Source: Perkinsus chesapeaki ATCC PRA-425
Lineage: Eukaryota; Protista; Perkinsozoa
NCBI GenBank assembly: GCA_013115145.1
Contig: JAAPAO010000031.1
Location: 1-64,000 of the forward strand
Direction: 5' to 3'
Length of the DNA stretch: 64,000 nucleotides
Shown here: positions 37,434 to 51,214 of the stretch, piece after piece
Layout of the letters: each line of letters starts with the position of its first letter
Position numbering within the stretch: position 1 is the stretch's first letter
Made by a program: the position numbers and the translations under genes
Notes under the pieces: generated by a model
Told to the model about the DNA's origin: nothing
Seen by the model: the letters and a program-made list of their open reading frames with translations, nothing else
Database searches by the model: none

Positions 37434-38560
37434 TGGTACTCTTCAATGGCTCAGCTGTATTCCTTGAACCAGAATCGTCCTGCAAACCGTAGGTTGATTT
37501 CGGTTACCGCGATGTGGTGAATCAAGTTAACCATGAGACTCGATGATACGAGTTATTATTCTTAGAATAATAGCTCATATGATACTATTACTATTCTATG
37601 TCCATCAGATTTTTCGAGCTGTTCGATCATCTCCTCTTTCCGTTAGAGGATGGCGTTGAGCCCATCAAAAATTCTTTAGTCGGCCGTTCACAGTACCCTG
37701 AGTACTGTTCGATGTACAGCACGTATACTTGTACTCAACACCTTTGAGTCAGAGAAGTTGCGCTCCAATGGACCGCGCGTCTACACGGCGTCGCCGACTG
37801 TGCTACACTGTTCAGGCAAAGCTTTAATGTAGGGAACTAGCGTCTGGATTTGGTAACTCATTCCAGCTCGCAACGACTCAAGTCCGAAAGAGAAGAAATA
37901 GGTGGAGGCGTGGCCGCGCCGCAACGCGCGGAGTCGGCGCATTCGAGAATTTTCCCGAACCTACTTCTCCGAGAGCATGTCTTGCGCGGATAGTGAACTC
38001 CGCTCTTCGGCGTACAGATGCGTTCTCTACGAAAAGCCTTTCTTTAGACGGGAGAGTCCCGCTGTTAGAATAGGTTGAGAACATATGCTGTTCCACTTAT
38101 GTGTTAGGCCTGGCGCAGAGTAATGGACTATAAATGTTTGTTGTCAATCACTCACTTTTTATTCCGGGATGAAGTCTCCGAAGAACAACAACCTTTCACA
38201 ATAGCCCCTATCAGAATTCGGTGGCTCCCTGCGCGCAGGGTGTGACGGCGCTCTCTTGGGCGCCCCGGTCCCCGAGCGCTTGGAGGCTTCGCGGGCCGCG
38301 AATTATTGAATAATTGACAAGGATAATAATTTGCAATTACTTGCAACTTCTCTTGGAATGCGCCACACTTAGATTCTGAAGAAGGCATTCCGGATGCCTA
38401 TGACCGCTTGGCGGCCTTTTGAGGCGTTTCACGTGACTGCTACAGCGGGAAGTAAGATGCGTGATCCAAGCAAATAGTTATGCAACGCAGATATTTGGAC
38501 TGGATCACGCATAACTTAGTATAGCTTGTGCTACATTTGTTGAAGCATTGTTCGGTAACA

Positions 38561-39004
38561 ATGTCTATATCATTCTACACAATCATCCTCTATCTCGGTA
38601 TACTCTTATGTGTTAAAGGTACACGTAGAACAAGTCCAGTTCCTCATGGGAGCTATGCCACCAAGGTATCTTCAACTGTATGCCTACAGGCGGTGTTTGA
38701 TGGTCCCTCTGCCAACCTCACGGCACAGCTGTATGTGGAGTGCCAGTCGAAGTATGGTACATTCGCTCAAAAGTCTGATGAACTTGGAATAGCTAAAGTT
38801 ATCTACTTTGCCTATAGTGTCGATGGTGCGAGCAGGCCTCAGTACCAGGGTTTCATCGAACGCATTCAATTTGGTTGTTCTCCGGTCGTAGCTGTTGGCT
38901 TTACTGATATGAGAGACTTCCTCACTAATATGATAGACCTGAATCTAGGCGTTAACTTCAACAACTCTATTGCTACTTTGGTGCATGGTATGTCCTGCCA
39001 TTAG
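38561..39004 (+). CDS. Intronless secreted-type orphan protein (~147 aa)
   Basis: Signal-peptide-like N-terminus, open frame to TAG, paralog upstream. Confidence 0.65.
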   Translation: MSISFYTIILYLGILLCVKGTRRTSPVPHGSYATKVSSTVCLQAVFDGPSANLTAQLYVECQSKYGTFAQKSDELGIAKVIYFAYSVDGASRPQYQGFIERIQFGCSPVVAVGFTDMRDFLTNMIDLNLGVNFNNSIATLVHGMSCH

Positions 39005-39728
39005 CAAACCCCTCACGGAAATGGAGGTTAGTCGCGAATGGCTTTATTCAGTTATCACTAACTATTCTAGTCAAGCTATTGTCTGAATTTTTCACTACAC
39101 TTAGGTGTTGCGCTCACCATAGAGTGTTATAAGCCTCGAGTTGGAGCTCACCTGAGTGCAGCTCAGAATCACAATACCGTATATATTCCTATTGACAATG
39201 CTTACATCCCAATGGAATACTGCAAGCTGTTGATGCTAATAGACAGTGCTTGGCACACTCTAAACATCAATTGATGGCATCAATTGAAGCAGATTTCAAC
39301 TCGGCTATCGTGTAAACTCATCTACTCACCTAACTCGGCTATAAGCTGACCTTAACTTAGCACTGGAATTCGCAGCCATAGACCATTGTATTTCAAGGCT
39401 ATGTGGCGCTGCCTTCGCGATTGCCCTTCTGGCGGTGATATAGGACCAATGGTTCATCACCCGTATGCGCCGGGGTTCCTGTATTCCACTTCCTTGCACT
39501 TTTCTCTAGGAAAAAATTTTCTGATGGCGCGTAGCACATAAATAGTTCAAATCGACGTGGACAAATTTTACCGACGTTGATTTCATTCTAGTCTTACTCG
39601 ATAATGCCAGTATTTCCCTATCACACCGGGCTCTCAGAGGATAATGACGTGATCGGTCGTAGAGATAAAACCATAGGAACTTTTTTAATCAGGTGTCACC
39701 TATTTCTAAAAGGTCGATTCTGCACTCC

Positions 39729-41530
39729 ATGAATTGTGGAACATCCAGAGCAGATGGATCCTCGCTGAGTGCCGTCAATCGAACACAGGCATCAATTCAG
39801 CATCACAGTGCATGGGCCGAGCGAATCGGTCTACTCGAGGATCAGCTAGAAGAAGCCTTAAGTAGCTTTCGGCGAGATAAAGTGAAGCTTATGGGCGAGA
39901 ATATAGAGCTGCAGAGGAATCTCAAGGTCAGCTCGTACCAGGTTGGGGCCTAACGAATAGGGCTCAGGAGCTTCTCCGGGAGCAAGAACGTCTACGCAGG
40001 CTTAGACATGACCTTCCTGTCTGTTGTGACACGGCACTGCCTGGAGATGTAGTACGCGGCAAAAACCTGGAGACTCATGAGTAAGGGCGTCCTGGGGCCT
40101 GACAAGAATCACTCCGACTGAGCCTGGTCACGAAGTCGTTTGTGCCCCGCCCTTCCTTACCGTTGGCGGATACTGTGCCTGCGCGACAGCATCGCATGGC
40201 ATTTGCGAGCTTCCTTATCCCAGGGTTTCTCAAGATTGCCGAGCGAAGCTGGAGAAGTGCTACGCCGAGCTTCATGAGCTTTCCAGGCAGTTGAGCCATC
40301 TTGCCCCAGAGCAGTCGGTAAGGCTGCCTCGGAATCTACAGCTATTGACAGACTTTATTTTCAGGCTGTTCCCGAATCGGGGGCGATCCCAGCTGCCGTG
40401 AGTGATAGAAATTTTGATTTGCCTATTGGTAAGTGGTTCGTGGCGTCGATGACATGTTGCACCCAGATTGTGCAAGACTGCAGTCAGCCACGGCCGAGCT
40501 GGAGTCTGAGGTCTCCAACTTGAGCCTCCTCAAACATCGCTCAGACATGAAGTAAATCGGTCGAATTGGAGGGTGCTCAGCAAAAGTGCGTAGGGAGAAG
40601 AAGTCTCAACAGCAAGCATCTCACCTTGCCTTGGAGAATGAGTTGCTAATGAAGAAGGTGATGCAGCTCGAGCAAGATATCCGGGATCGAGACCAGAAGA
40701 TACGGACACTACTAAATACGGTAAGCCTGCTATTATTAATAGTTCCCCAATCACTTCGGGAAGTGGGAGGGGATCTGCCTGCAGACTCTCGCTCCGTTCG
40801 TTCAAGTCGAACCCGTCCTGTCACACAATCACTAGTATTTGATCAGTAGCGGCTTTCAGGAAGAGCCACCTAACGAAGAGTACTGGCCTCTAGGAGATGA
40901 AGACACTACCACGCTACATAAGCACATCAACGGGCTCGAGCGTCGAGTAGAGACCCTCGAACGAGAAAACGAACGGCTCGAGAAGCTGCTAGCTGAGAAC
41001 GGTGTAGGTCGCCTTTGTTATCTTTATTGAGCATCAGGCATGTTCTGTGATAGAGCTTCGTGTCTCTGAACTCGTAAGCCTCACAAGGGTGACCTTGCTT
41101 CTATTATTAAAGTCTTTAATCTAAAGGACACAGCTCTCCTTAGATCACGTCATTCGACGCTTCGTCTGCGAGTTTTCGGGAGGTCGACCCCATGACACTG
41201 CACGACCGCTACAAGCGATGTCTGAGATACACAGAGCATCTGCAAAGATTACTGGGAGCTAAACGAGACGAGATGCAAGCTGAGCGATCGCCGTGCAAAA
41301 GCACCGGACGCCTCGGCCGTCACACTCAGTCGACAGTGCTGCCTACTAAACGCCGACCAAACACAATGCGCAAGAAAAGAACGTCGAGCTCTAATAGTCG
41401 AATGACGAAAGGCTCTACAATGAGCTATAGCGAGGAGCAGCGATTGAGGAGAGCCTCCTCTGCCACATTTCGTGCCGCTGTTTTGTCCAGCAGCAAACGA
41501 GAAGCTCTGCCGCACCCTCCCTTTAAATGA
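39729..41530 (+). CDS. Hypothetical coiled-coil protein, multi-exon; 3' end uncertain
   Basis: Heptad-rich exons RIGLLEDQLEEALSSF, LENELLMKKVMQLEQDIRDRDQKI and HINGLERRVETLERENERLEKLL, with GT-AG junctions. Confidence 0.6.
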
Positions 41531-42042
41531 AGCTCGCACGAACACATGCTGTCTCTGGTTGTATATTGTAAGAGTAATAATATTATTGAGTTTAACCATG
41601 TTATATAAAGGCAACATTGAGGATCTATCGGCACTGATGGGTGCAAGAATGATGTCAATCATTCACGCCACCAGTTTCGTGCTGTTCTCGTGTCACGGAT
41701 AGCGCTTGGGAGTATCACCGCAAGATAAGCTAGTTGCAGGAGGCCATCGGGAGTTCAGTTAAGGTAGCTCTCTCAGAACCGGTACACGGCCGCTGACTCT
41801 TGGCTTCAGTTCTCGGCTACCAATGACTTTAGTACATTCCGCGCTAGTGACAACTCGTGGGTCGGTGTGCTCACGATCTTGCAGTGTCTACTCATGGTTC
41901 TTGCCAGGACTACTCCATCAACGCAAAACCTCCCTACTAAAACCATAGAAAATGACTGCTTTCGCACGTCTTAGGACATATAAAAAGTCTCTTGGTACAC
42001 AAATCTACCGACGACAATAACTAACACTGGGCAGCAATCACT

Positions 42043-42899
42043 TTACTCGGGAGCGTCAACATAGCGGAGATAGGCCTTGCCGCTGGGCAAATCCTTGATC
42101 TCGAGGTTCTTGAAACGCTTCTGGGCGTCCTCCGTGGTAACACCAGGCGCGACGATGACACGCTCCCCTTGCTTCCAATCGACTGGGGTAGCCAGGCTGA
42201 AGTCGGCGGTGAGGTGGAGGCTGTCTAGGACGCGAACGAGCTGAAGGAATTACGAAGTCATCGTTGGAAGCGGCAAGGCGCTTACCTCGTCGTAGTTCCT
42301 TCCAGTAGTGGCAGGATACACTATTGATAGCTTCAACTTGTGGTCGGGTCCAATGACAAAGAGAGCTCGGGCGGGCAAGGGAACTCCTGCGGCGTCCTTC
42401 TCATTGGGGTCCAACATGCCCAGCAGGCTAACCTGAAGAAACGATATAATACAGTACAAACAACCATCATACAATCTCTCTGTCGGGGTCGGCAATGATA
42501 GGGTAGGAGAGATCATCTCCAGGCATCTTTTGGTAAGCCAGGACGTCTTTGCTCCAGGCATGATGGTCCTCAACACTGTCGCACGAAACACCTACAGATC
42601 GGATGAAATAAAAGAGCATCGGTCATTACTCACCGATGAGTTTTACACCGCGTTTGGCGAACTGATCCTTGTTCTTCTCCAGCTTGCCGAGCTCAGTCGT
42701 GCAGACTGGAGTGAAATCCTTGGGATGGGAGAACAGGATCTGAAAAGGAGGCTACATAAAAAACAAGCCAGCAAGTCGGTACCGTGTAGGGCTTCTTAGA
42801 GTCGCTGTCCAGGAACTCGTGGAACTTGAAATCACCTTTGGTGGTTTTGCACTCGAAGTTGGGAAACTCGGCGCCTAGCTTTTGCTTAAAGTCAGCCAT
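42043..42899 (-). CDS. PRDX6: 1-Cys peroxiredoxin (Prx6 class), multi-exon
   Basis: [94 protein letters not shown]. Stop at 42043-42045. Confidence 0.96.
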
Positions 42900-44528
42900 A
42901 GGGATCAACTTCACTTTAGACTACATCGATACGATAATAACGTCTCTCAAAACTGATACGTTATAAAGCAACAAGAGTGTGACACCATTATAGAGGGCTG
43001 CAGTTCTCCGTGTTTATACCTATAATGGCCATGGAAGGTAATAGTTGTCTAACCTCCCGAACGATGATGAATCTTGCACTACTACCACCGAACGGAAGAT
43101 GCGCTTGCGTGTTCCTGTGCGTGCAGAACTTGCGCTGGTGGGCGCGCGCCTATCACATTTTTAGAAATCTTGAGCATCGAAGGAACTAGGTCCATAGAAT
43201 CTGATGCCCGCAGAGGAGCCTATGATGTCGTTTAGCCGACTATGAGCTGAGAACGGTGCCGTGAAAGTTAGTAGAGACTATTGCTAATTGGGTTGATGTC
43301 CAATATGATGATCAACAGCCTTATACAGTATATTAAGATTTGAGTATCACTTAGCACCTTGTGAAGTATCTGAATGCGGAGCTCCAAATCGGTTCTTGAA
43401 TCGCATTTTTGCCTGTGAATCGAACGACCTGGTGGTGTTCGAAGTGTGGAGCATCTTAAAACATGGCATTAATTCGGTGGGAAACATATCAGATAGTCCT
43501 AGAAAGCTCAATCTACCTGTTTGGAATCTTGTAACCGTCTACCTGCGATTAAAGATGCTACTGTAGCATTATTTTCCCTAGTCCCCGGAAGTAGTCCACG
43601 GCAAGACCACGTTAGTCTGAATAGTCCGCCCATGTCCGTCAGCTCAATAAGCAACTAAGCTTCCACAGCACCTCGAATACTCATCGACTCTGTCATTGGA
43701 ACGGAACCAAACGAAGTGTTTCCGTGACGCTTATCGCTTATCAGTTTTTGTATCGCGTAAATGGAACCTGGCCATCCGCGCCCATTGAGGTGCTGCAAGA
43801 GACGGTCCGTCCTTAATAATTTAAACACATACGCGAGGTAAGGGCACGCCACCAGTCCATGGTGTCCATCAGAACTCTCGGCTTCAGACGTTGGACGAAT
43901 TCAAGGCTACGAGTGGCCGTGATATGCCCCCAGCAAGGTGACCCTACAGGCGACCAAGTTCCCTTAGTCCAGTTTAGATATCCCACCTCATGCGCTTGAT
44001 ACTGCAGAGGGACTGTGCTGTCAAGGCCACTCGGTTACGGTGTACTGTACAAAGCCACCAATAGGCAGGATCAGCGGTAGGTTGACAGCCACAGCTTCAC
44101 GTGAAAGATTCTTCAAATGTTGATAGATAGTCCTTCGCCGGTTTACTATCGGTCAGACATCGGTGTCCTGAGTAAGCCTTCATCATTCCTTATTCGTCCA
44201 TTTCCCTTTCCTCAGGATTGCTGCTGCTGATCCCCCTCCCTATAGTGGGGCTCATAGTGTTGTTCCTGCGTGCAGCCTATATGACCATTCGGGTCATGAC
44301 GGCATGCTTTTATTATGATACCATCCTGCTATATAATGTATCCTATCACCCTGCTCCGCTCGGCCCAGTGCTCGTTTCAGACGGCCGATCGTTCGGTGGA
44401 TGTCTCAACTGTAATGCTGGTGCCATTATCCCTGTGTGGTCTACCTGTGGTGTACTGTTGGTCCGCTGGTGGTAGGGAAGGGCAACATATGAAGGGGCCA
44501 TGGAAGGAGGATGGGTATTTGAGGTAGT

Positions 44529-44996
44529 ATGTGGGATCAGGGAGACCTACGGAGGAGCTTATTCCTGTTGGGGATGTTAATATTTGTTTGCAATGGGAAC
44601 GTTATCAGTGCTATACATTCTTATATGCCCACTGGGAACATCATTTGTATTGTATCCCCAGTAGGAATCACAGGAGGCGTTTCTGCAACCATTTCCGGAA
44701 CTCACACTACCGGGTCTGACCCACGCGCCGTTTCGCTCGCATATGCTTGGTTAATGTTTTACCGATGCTCATATGGCATTTTTGATCCGCACTTGAAATC
44801 TTCGGAAAATGCTACAAAACCTCGGCCAAATTTCACTTCTATAGCTAGAGCAAGTTGGGCCTTCCACACTGAAGCGCCCTTCCCTGCAATACTGCCTTCT
44901 GTGCTGGGCGTTTTTGATTTCACCGAACCCATTCCGTTGAACGTTATGAAACCCGAATTTTCCCGTGGGTCTGAGAATCTGCCTGATCGAGTTTGA
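44529..44996 (+). CDS. Intronless secreted-type orphan protein (155 aa)
   Basis: ATG-initiated ORF with a signal-like RRSLFLLGMLIFVCNG segment; no family recognised. Confidence 0.45.
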   Translation: MWDQGDLRRSLFLLGMLIFVCNGNVISAIHSYMPTGNIICIVSPVGITGGVSATISGTHTTGSDPRAVSLAYAWLMFYRCSYGIFDPHLKSSENATKPRPNFTSIARASWAFHTEAPFPAILPSVLGVFDFTEPIPLNVMKPEFSRGSENLPDRV

Positions 44997-47900
44997 TTTA
45001 ATAATTTAGTGTCTGATTCGTTTCCAGGATATGTCCCAGCGTAAAGTGTCAAAGGATGTATGAGCGGTTGGTGGTAACATATGCATCAGCCATCATAGTG
45101 GACAGTGAGCCCCGAAAGGAATGGTGTGATTTATGTTACGGAAGGAGGATAAGGGATATATTGGTAGCGGGCCAGTCGAGTTCACTACTCCAAATGTACA
45201 CAGGTTGCCTATCGCCCCGTTGAAGGCCGATCTCATTTTATGAATCGACGATCGTTGTTGGAAGTGGACAGGACCTTGGGCATCGAGCTGGGGGATCGAC
45301 CGTAGGGAAGCTTGCTCTGGAACTTCGCCTGGAAAATTTTTTGTGAACTTTCTTACGATCGGCAGTTGGCCGGAATAGCACTTAATCGCAATAGTATTTA
45401 TGGTCTTCATGAAACCAGTAAACTATAGGGGACTTTCGGCTTCTTTTTTGGGGAGCGTCTGTAGTCGGAACCAAGTACCATGATTCTAGGTTCATCTTGG
45501 GGATCGTTAATCCTGGAAAATCACAGGAGATAAGTCTGATGGTTGATGGATACGCGTACGTGGGGCTAGGGTGGTGGTGGTACTATTAATCACCCTTATG
45601 TTAGGCATTATTATCACAACCCGAGTCGTCTTCTGCCGGCTAATAAGTCTCTAGGTGAGCGACCAGCAGAGGGGGTCGGAGTGGGACGTCGGGTGTCTTC
45701 AGAAGGGATGCGTTGGATACTCTTTTCCACTCCACAGGCATATACATTTTCATCTACATTTTTACTACGTTTAAAATTTGTATCATATGTCCGTACTAGC
45801 AACGTTTTCTGACCTTCGGAGGAATAGCAAATGAATTAACGAGCATCACTTGAGCTGTATGTTGAGCTCTGTAGCTGATGAGTACATATTCAAAGTCCCA
45901 GAGCCATATTCGCCGTAGTGATGAAATGAAAAGTAGTGCAAAGCGGGTGCCAAATATAATAGAATGTAGTGTGCTATAGTACATAGAATATATTATAACT
46001 GATGACCATAAGTACCTTCGGTACAAAGAAGACGATTTGGACGGCCTTTCATCATTATGGTTCCCCGCCCGCCCAGGAATTCCGGGATCAAAAAAAGCCA
46101 GGGCAAAAATGGTCTCCCAAAAGTATTATTTATCCCCAGGTGTGGAAGTCGTCCAGGCGGTCTCATCTCGTCAGCAACAGCAGCAATCCACTGCCCCGTC
46201 ATCGACTGCTTTGATATCGCCTGTGTCATCGGAGACAATATCATTCCTGGAGTCAGTTGTGTACCAGGATGACCGAGACGCCTCCCTCGGCAGTGGTGAC
46301 AGCGAATCTCCATCCGAGCATGTAGGCTCACTTAAGTCATGCACGGTTGAAGCGGTTTGCTCCAGGAAGAGGGTTCCACTGGTTGCGTGCATTCATCTGT
46401 GATGACAGCCTTCGAGCCAGTCGCAGTTGGACCCGGTAGGCTTATGGCTTGGGATCAGTCTGAGGTGTCTCTCTGGTAGGTCTGGTGCCACCAAGATTGA
46501 TCCTTGCCTGCTGTGATGATGCCCCTGATGGCTGCGGCCTCCCATCCCTCCGAAGCGGCCAGCGTGCCCAGTACGGTAGTTGTGATGACCTTGTTCATTA
46601 TATAATCTGCCAGGTACTCTTCGCTACAGGAGATGGCCGGGCTGTTGGAGAACGAAGTGACGGCGATGTGCTTGACTGCGGATGATGACGTGAAGCTGTT
46701 GAGCCTGTCGTGGAACAGCCTTGAGTTGGATTGGCTGTGCTACAAGTAAAGCGTGACTGTAATTATCAAGTTAATATATAGATATAGCATGTTTAGTATT
46801 ATTAGTATCCAGGCAATTATTATATAACAAATGTAGGTATTGAAAGATTGTATATAGTACATTTCATATCCCCCATGGTTTTACTATATTCAGCAATAGT
46901 AGATATATATTGCTAATAAAGGCGATATAGAAGTCATATAAAAGTGTACTTCTTCTTCCACTTTATTAATACAATTCCTGGTCATATGTTCAATTCAGTG
47001 CAACGGTTGGTTTGTACACGCCACTGGACACCACGGACCCGGCAATGCTGATGAGGCTGATGGGAGGAGGCCGACCGGTTGTATCGACTCGAGGAGAGCA
47101 TGATACTGAGGGGCTCATCAACTTAAGTGGGTCAGCTAAGATTTCGATCAGCTCCGAGTTCGGCTTTAGACGCCGGATGCGTTGTGGACCCGCCATCGGC
47201 ACAGGGGGTCGGGGTGGCATTGGTGGCATTATTACATCATACGTCGATAGGGATTCTGGAAGGGATGGGGGAAATGGCATTCGACAGATTAGAGAGTAAG
47301 AAGGGGTGGATCATATTATATATGATCTCCAAGGCGATATTGACAATAATGACATTATATTCTATATCACCACACGACTGAGGAAGTCTCGCTGCCTAGT
47401 TTACCATTGGGAAAGGCGAACTGATGGCCGCCATGGTCCGAGTACCAGCGTAGAAGCGATACTGAAACTAGAATATATATTCTTCCAATAGGCTATATCT
47501 TTTGTAGTTCGGTAGGGCCCATTTGCATTGCGTGCGCTGATATCCTTGAAGGAGTCATCGCGATCTTTGGCATAGGTAGGTTTTAGCGGCGCTTTGAAAT
47601 GAGAAAAAATCTCCCCAGAAACTGATTGCCCCGTCTGACAGAACAGATTAACTGGATTCAGAATATACAGTATATGTCACACCGTTAGAATCCCTTTTTT
47701 GCTGAAAATCTCGCTCGCCCGAAAACTCACTTGGTCTGGTGATAAAAGGAATGCTTTCCCAGCAAAATAGGATCTAATAGTAGCTCTTGCCAGTATTATT
47801 AAGTCGCGATTTCCTCCTATTTCCTCCCACAATCTTCCCTCTCACTTGTCAGGCGGATTTGGCTTTAGTACCTTCAGCGAAAGCCTGGACAGCTTCATGG

Positions 47901-48722
47901 AAGGAAAGCTCTTCAAGAACAACCGACCACGAGATGGTCTCCAGTCCTCCGCAGCACCCCAGCCACTCCCGCGCCCCTCTCCCCTGACTGTGCCACTGGC
48001 CGACAGCAACACCAGCACGGAACGAATAGCAACGACGCCGAATGGCAGCCCTGCCCCTACGAGTATTAATGCGACGATAAGACTGAGGAGATGGCCTGGA
48101 GGCGCCGGCGGTCAGCAGGCCTCTGTGGCACCGTGCGGGAATTAATGATTTTTCAAAGTGTCTGAAGATTGTACGTCATACTGAGTGATTGTCCCTTAGT
48201 CGTCACTAAGATATATTTCACCGTCGTCTATCCGCATTGGGTTGTTCTTCTCGTGGAGACTATGTGTTTTGATCGGGGAGCTGGCCAAGGCTGATGGTGA
48301 TGTTGTTGAGGAGAAAGATGCCCATCATTGTGGGGATGCTATTGTTACCTTTCGAGAAGAGTTGTGTTAATTATTAATTTATACACTCCTTCACAGATGG
48401 ATATTCTCTATCTATAGGTGAATGATATAAGTACTGCATGTACAGATTTGCCTCTGCGGAAGATTGGGATGTAATAGTCCATTATTACCAACAGCTGCTC
48501 TGTGCACTCGTTCCAGTTGTACCGCGTAAATCTGGCGTATATCTTTGTGCGGACCATTTTATTAATATTATCATTAAGTTGCGTTGATGAGTGTACTGGA
48601 GGGCACGTGCGCGCAAAAGTTGGCGCTTTCCGAGGCGAGCGAATTCAATTCATCTCGGGCACGGTATGATTCCCCCCCATGAAAATTAGTTTACCAAGAA
48701 CTACGATACGGTAACTAGCCCC

Positions 48723-50015
48723 ATGTCCGCCGCCGCCCCTTTGAGTGCTGTACGGCGAGGAGCAGGGTTGCTGCCGGTTCATAGAGTGTCGTCGTTAAGT
48801 CAGCTCGAGAAAGCCTTGAAGGTTGACGGCGGCTTGTGGCCCACAATTGCCATTCGATCGGACTCGATGATAGACAGGTGGGCAACGGTTGCCGTCGTCT
48901 TCTTTTATAATATACTCGAGCTCTCGAATGGTGAATGAGGGTCTATGAGCGTATCGTTTACGCCCTTCCATTGGTCCTTATACGGTTGTACTTCCCAAGC
49001 AGGTCCCTCTATGACGGCGATGATATTATCGTGTCCAGTAGGGGAGGTGTGGCTCTTGTAAACGACTTGAACCTCCTCAGACCGATATTGTGGGAATCGG
49101 CGATTCTTAAGGTAGCAGAGCTCTGTCCTCATACCGACCTTCCCTCAGGTTATGCATGATTGTAGGGGGCTTTGCAGCCGACTACTCGACAATAGCGGCG
49201 GCGGCGGTGTTGATGATGATGACATCGAAATTCATAACGTTTATGATACTCTGGTGGGCCATTGGGCGATCGAAGAGATGTCGGGCGAAACCGGAGGTGG
49301 CCCGACGGTGCTGCCTCGACAATGATTCTCGCGCACTTCAGATTTCGGCGTCCATGAAGAATCGCTGTCCCGTTTGTGTCGGCAGTTTGGCATCCCACAA
49401 ACAAGCGCCTGTGGCGGCCTTCTGCCACTTCGGAAAAAACAACATAAACGGCTCCTCGTCGGCAACTCTGAAATGGCTGACGGCTACGTTGTGGATCGGT
49501 CCAAGCTGTTCACTTCGGTATACCCGAAGCTCAACAAAGAATTCACATCGTCCGTACCGCCCCGGAAGCTACCTGCGGGCACGAGACTGTCTGGCATGGT
49601 CTCCAAGATTGCCTATTATGACTCATCGGTGTTGGGTGGATCATCTAATTTGCCATACGAGGAGACTGCCGATCCCAAGAAGGACGGCATGCTTGTTCTC
49701 TACTGGAAGCTCAACATCTGGCCAGGCGTCCTCGGCGTGACACCACCGAGCGAAGCTAATGAGAAGATAAGTCGAGGCCTTCGAGTCGGGCATGTCGTCG
49801 ACGACCTTTTTACTGTGTCTTATAACGAAGGAGGTATATGTTTCGATGAGGATTCATCGCTGCTATTTGTGGCTCCAAAGGGCCGTGATGCATGGCTTGC
49901 TGAAGATGCCGAGCTACTAGGCGAAGCTACTCGCGTGGGGCATACGAGCATGCGACACCTTCCGCAGGACTTCGCCAGCATGGGCCCTGAGTTCGCATTG
50001 CCGCCCAAGAAGTAA
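48723..50015 (+). CDS. Hypothetical protein, probably multi-exon
   Basis: Chain of overlapping ORFs ending in a 213-aa open frame (49374-50015) with a plausible acceptor cttcag near 49340. Confidence 0.5.
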
Positions 50016-50326
50016 CCTTTAGTGTCTTATTGTGTGAAGGCTTCATTGTCCTATTCAGATCTGACGGGCCGAGCAACTACGATGTCGTGTACAAGAAGGG
50101 TAAACGAGGAGCGACAAAAGTCAGACGCGTTGATCGAGAGAAGCAGCGGCAAAAACGATTTGACGAGGATTGATTATATATTTGCTTGCTCACGTTTCAT
50201 GATCGTTTCCAGGAGAGCCTCTGTGCCTTTGTTGCCTCAATTACCTCCCATTCACCCCCTGGCCGACAGCGCAAAAGTAGCTAGTAGCTGCCGAAACTAT
50301 CTAGCACAGGTTAGTGTATCAGAGTT

Positions 50327-51214
50327 ATGCCTTCTGTCCACACCTTCGGGTGCCTCATTCTGGTCTCCATGGAAGCTCGTAGAGCTCATGGTGCGGCGTA
50401 TAGACAACAGCAGCTTCTTTACTCACAAGTGAGTGATGGAGCTGAGTATTTCTTTATACCAAGAGGGAAGCAACCAATACCGCACATGGAAGAGTGGCAG
50501 GATAACGGTTTGAGTACTGGCAGCCTTGTCCAGCTCGACAACAAGGCGAGAAACGTCGAATTCACGAAGAGTAAAAATATCGCAGTGTATGATTATATAC
50601 CTTACAATGAAAAAGTCACCACTCATACCGACGAAGCTGTCACGGCCGCTACAATCCTCCGTGTTAAGGACGGTCAGACGTCAGAGTACACAGCTACTGT
50701 CCCTACAGTCGGTGAATGTTTCAGCAACATCGAGTCGGTGAGCTCCTCGAGCGACGAGGGGGGTTCAGTCGAGGCGGTAGCTAGTGAATTGAGTAAAGTC
50801 TGCGGTGATGGATTCTGGACACTCCGCCCTTTCGACAAGGATGACATGTCAAAGCTGAACGGCAAATATTCAGGAAAGCAATCGGAAACCGCTCTCACTC
50901 TCAAACTCGATAAGGGCAAGATCAAAGATGGGGAATTGGTTGTTGGTTCGCTGACGGAGAAGGCCCCTCTTGTAACGTATTCTCCTCTATGTGAAGGGGT
51001 TATCTCGACTGTCCGCACAATGCCTCGAGGGGAGCCTAGCCTACTTGTTCTCACTAGAGACAGAGCTTCTACACACCGCAACCCCTTATTACGCAGATCT
51101 AGGAGGAAGGCACCACTCGCGACCCTCTGTGGTCCCCTAGACACCGCTAAGAAAGTCTCATGGTCGGATATTCCTAAATGGGACAGGATGCGTTCTGGCG
51201 AGTTTGTGTTGTGA
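50327..51214 (+). CDS. Hypothetical protein (295-aa open frame)
   Basis: Long uninterrupted ORF with protein-like composition; start uncertain. Confidence 0.6.
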   Translation: MPSVHTFGCLILVSMEARRAHGAAYRQQQLLYSQVSDGAEYFFIPRGKQPIPHMEEWQDNGLSTGSLVQLDNKARNVEFTKSKNIAVYDYIPYNEKVTTHTDEAVTAATILRVKDGQTSEYTATVPTVGECFSNIESVSSSSDEGGSVEAVASELSKVCGDGFWTLRPFDKDDMSKLNGKYSGKQSETALTLKLDKGKIKDGELVVGSLTEKAPLVTYSPLCEGVISTVRTMPRGEPSLLVLTRDRASTHRNPLLRRSRRKAPLATLCGPLDTAKKVSWSDIPKWDRMRSGEFVL

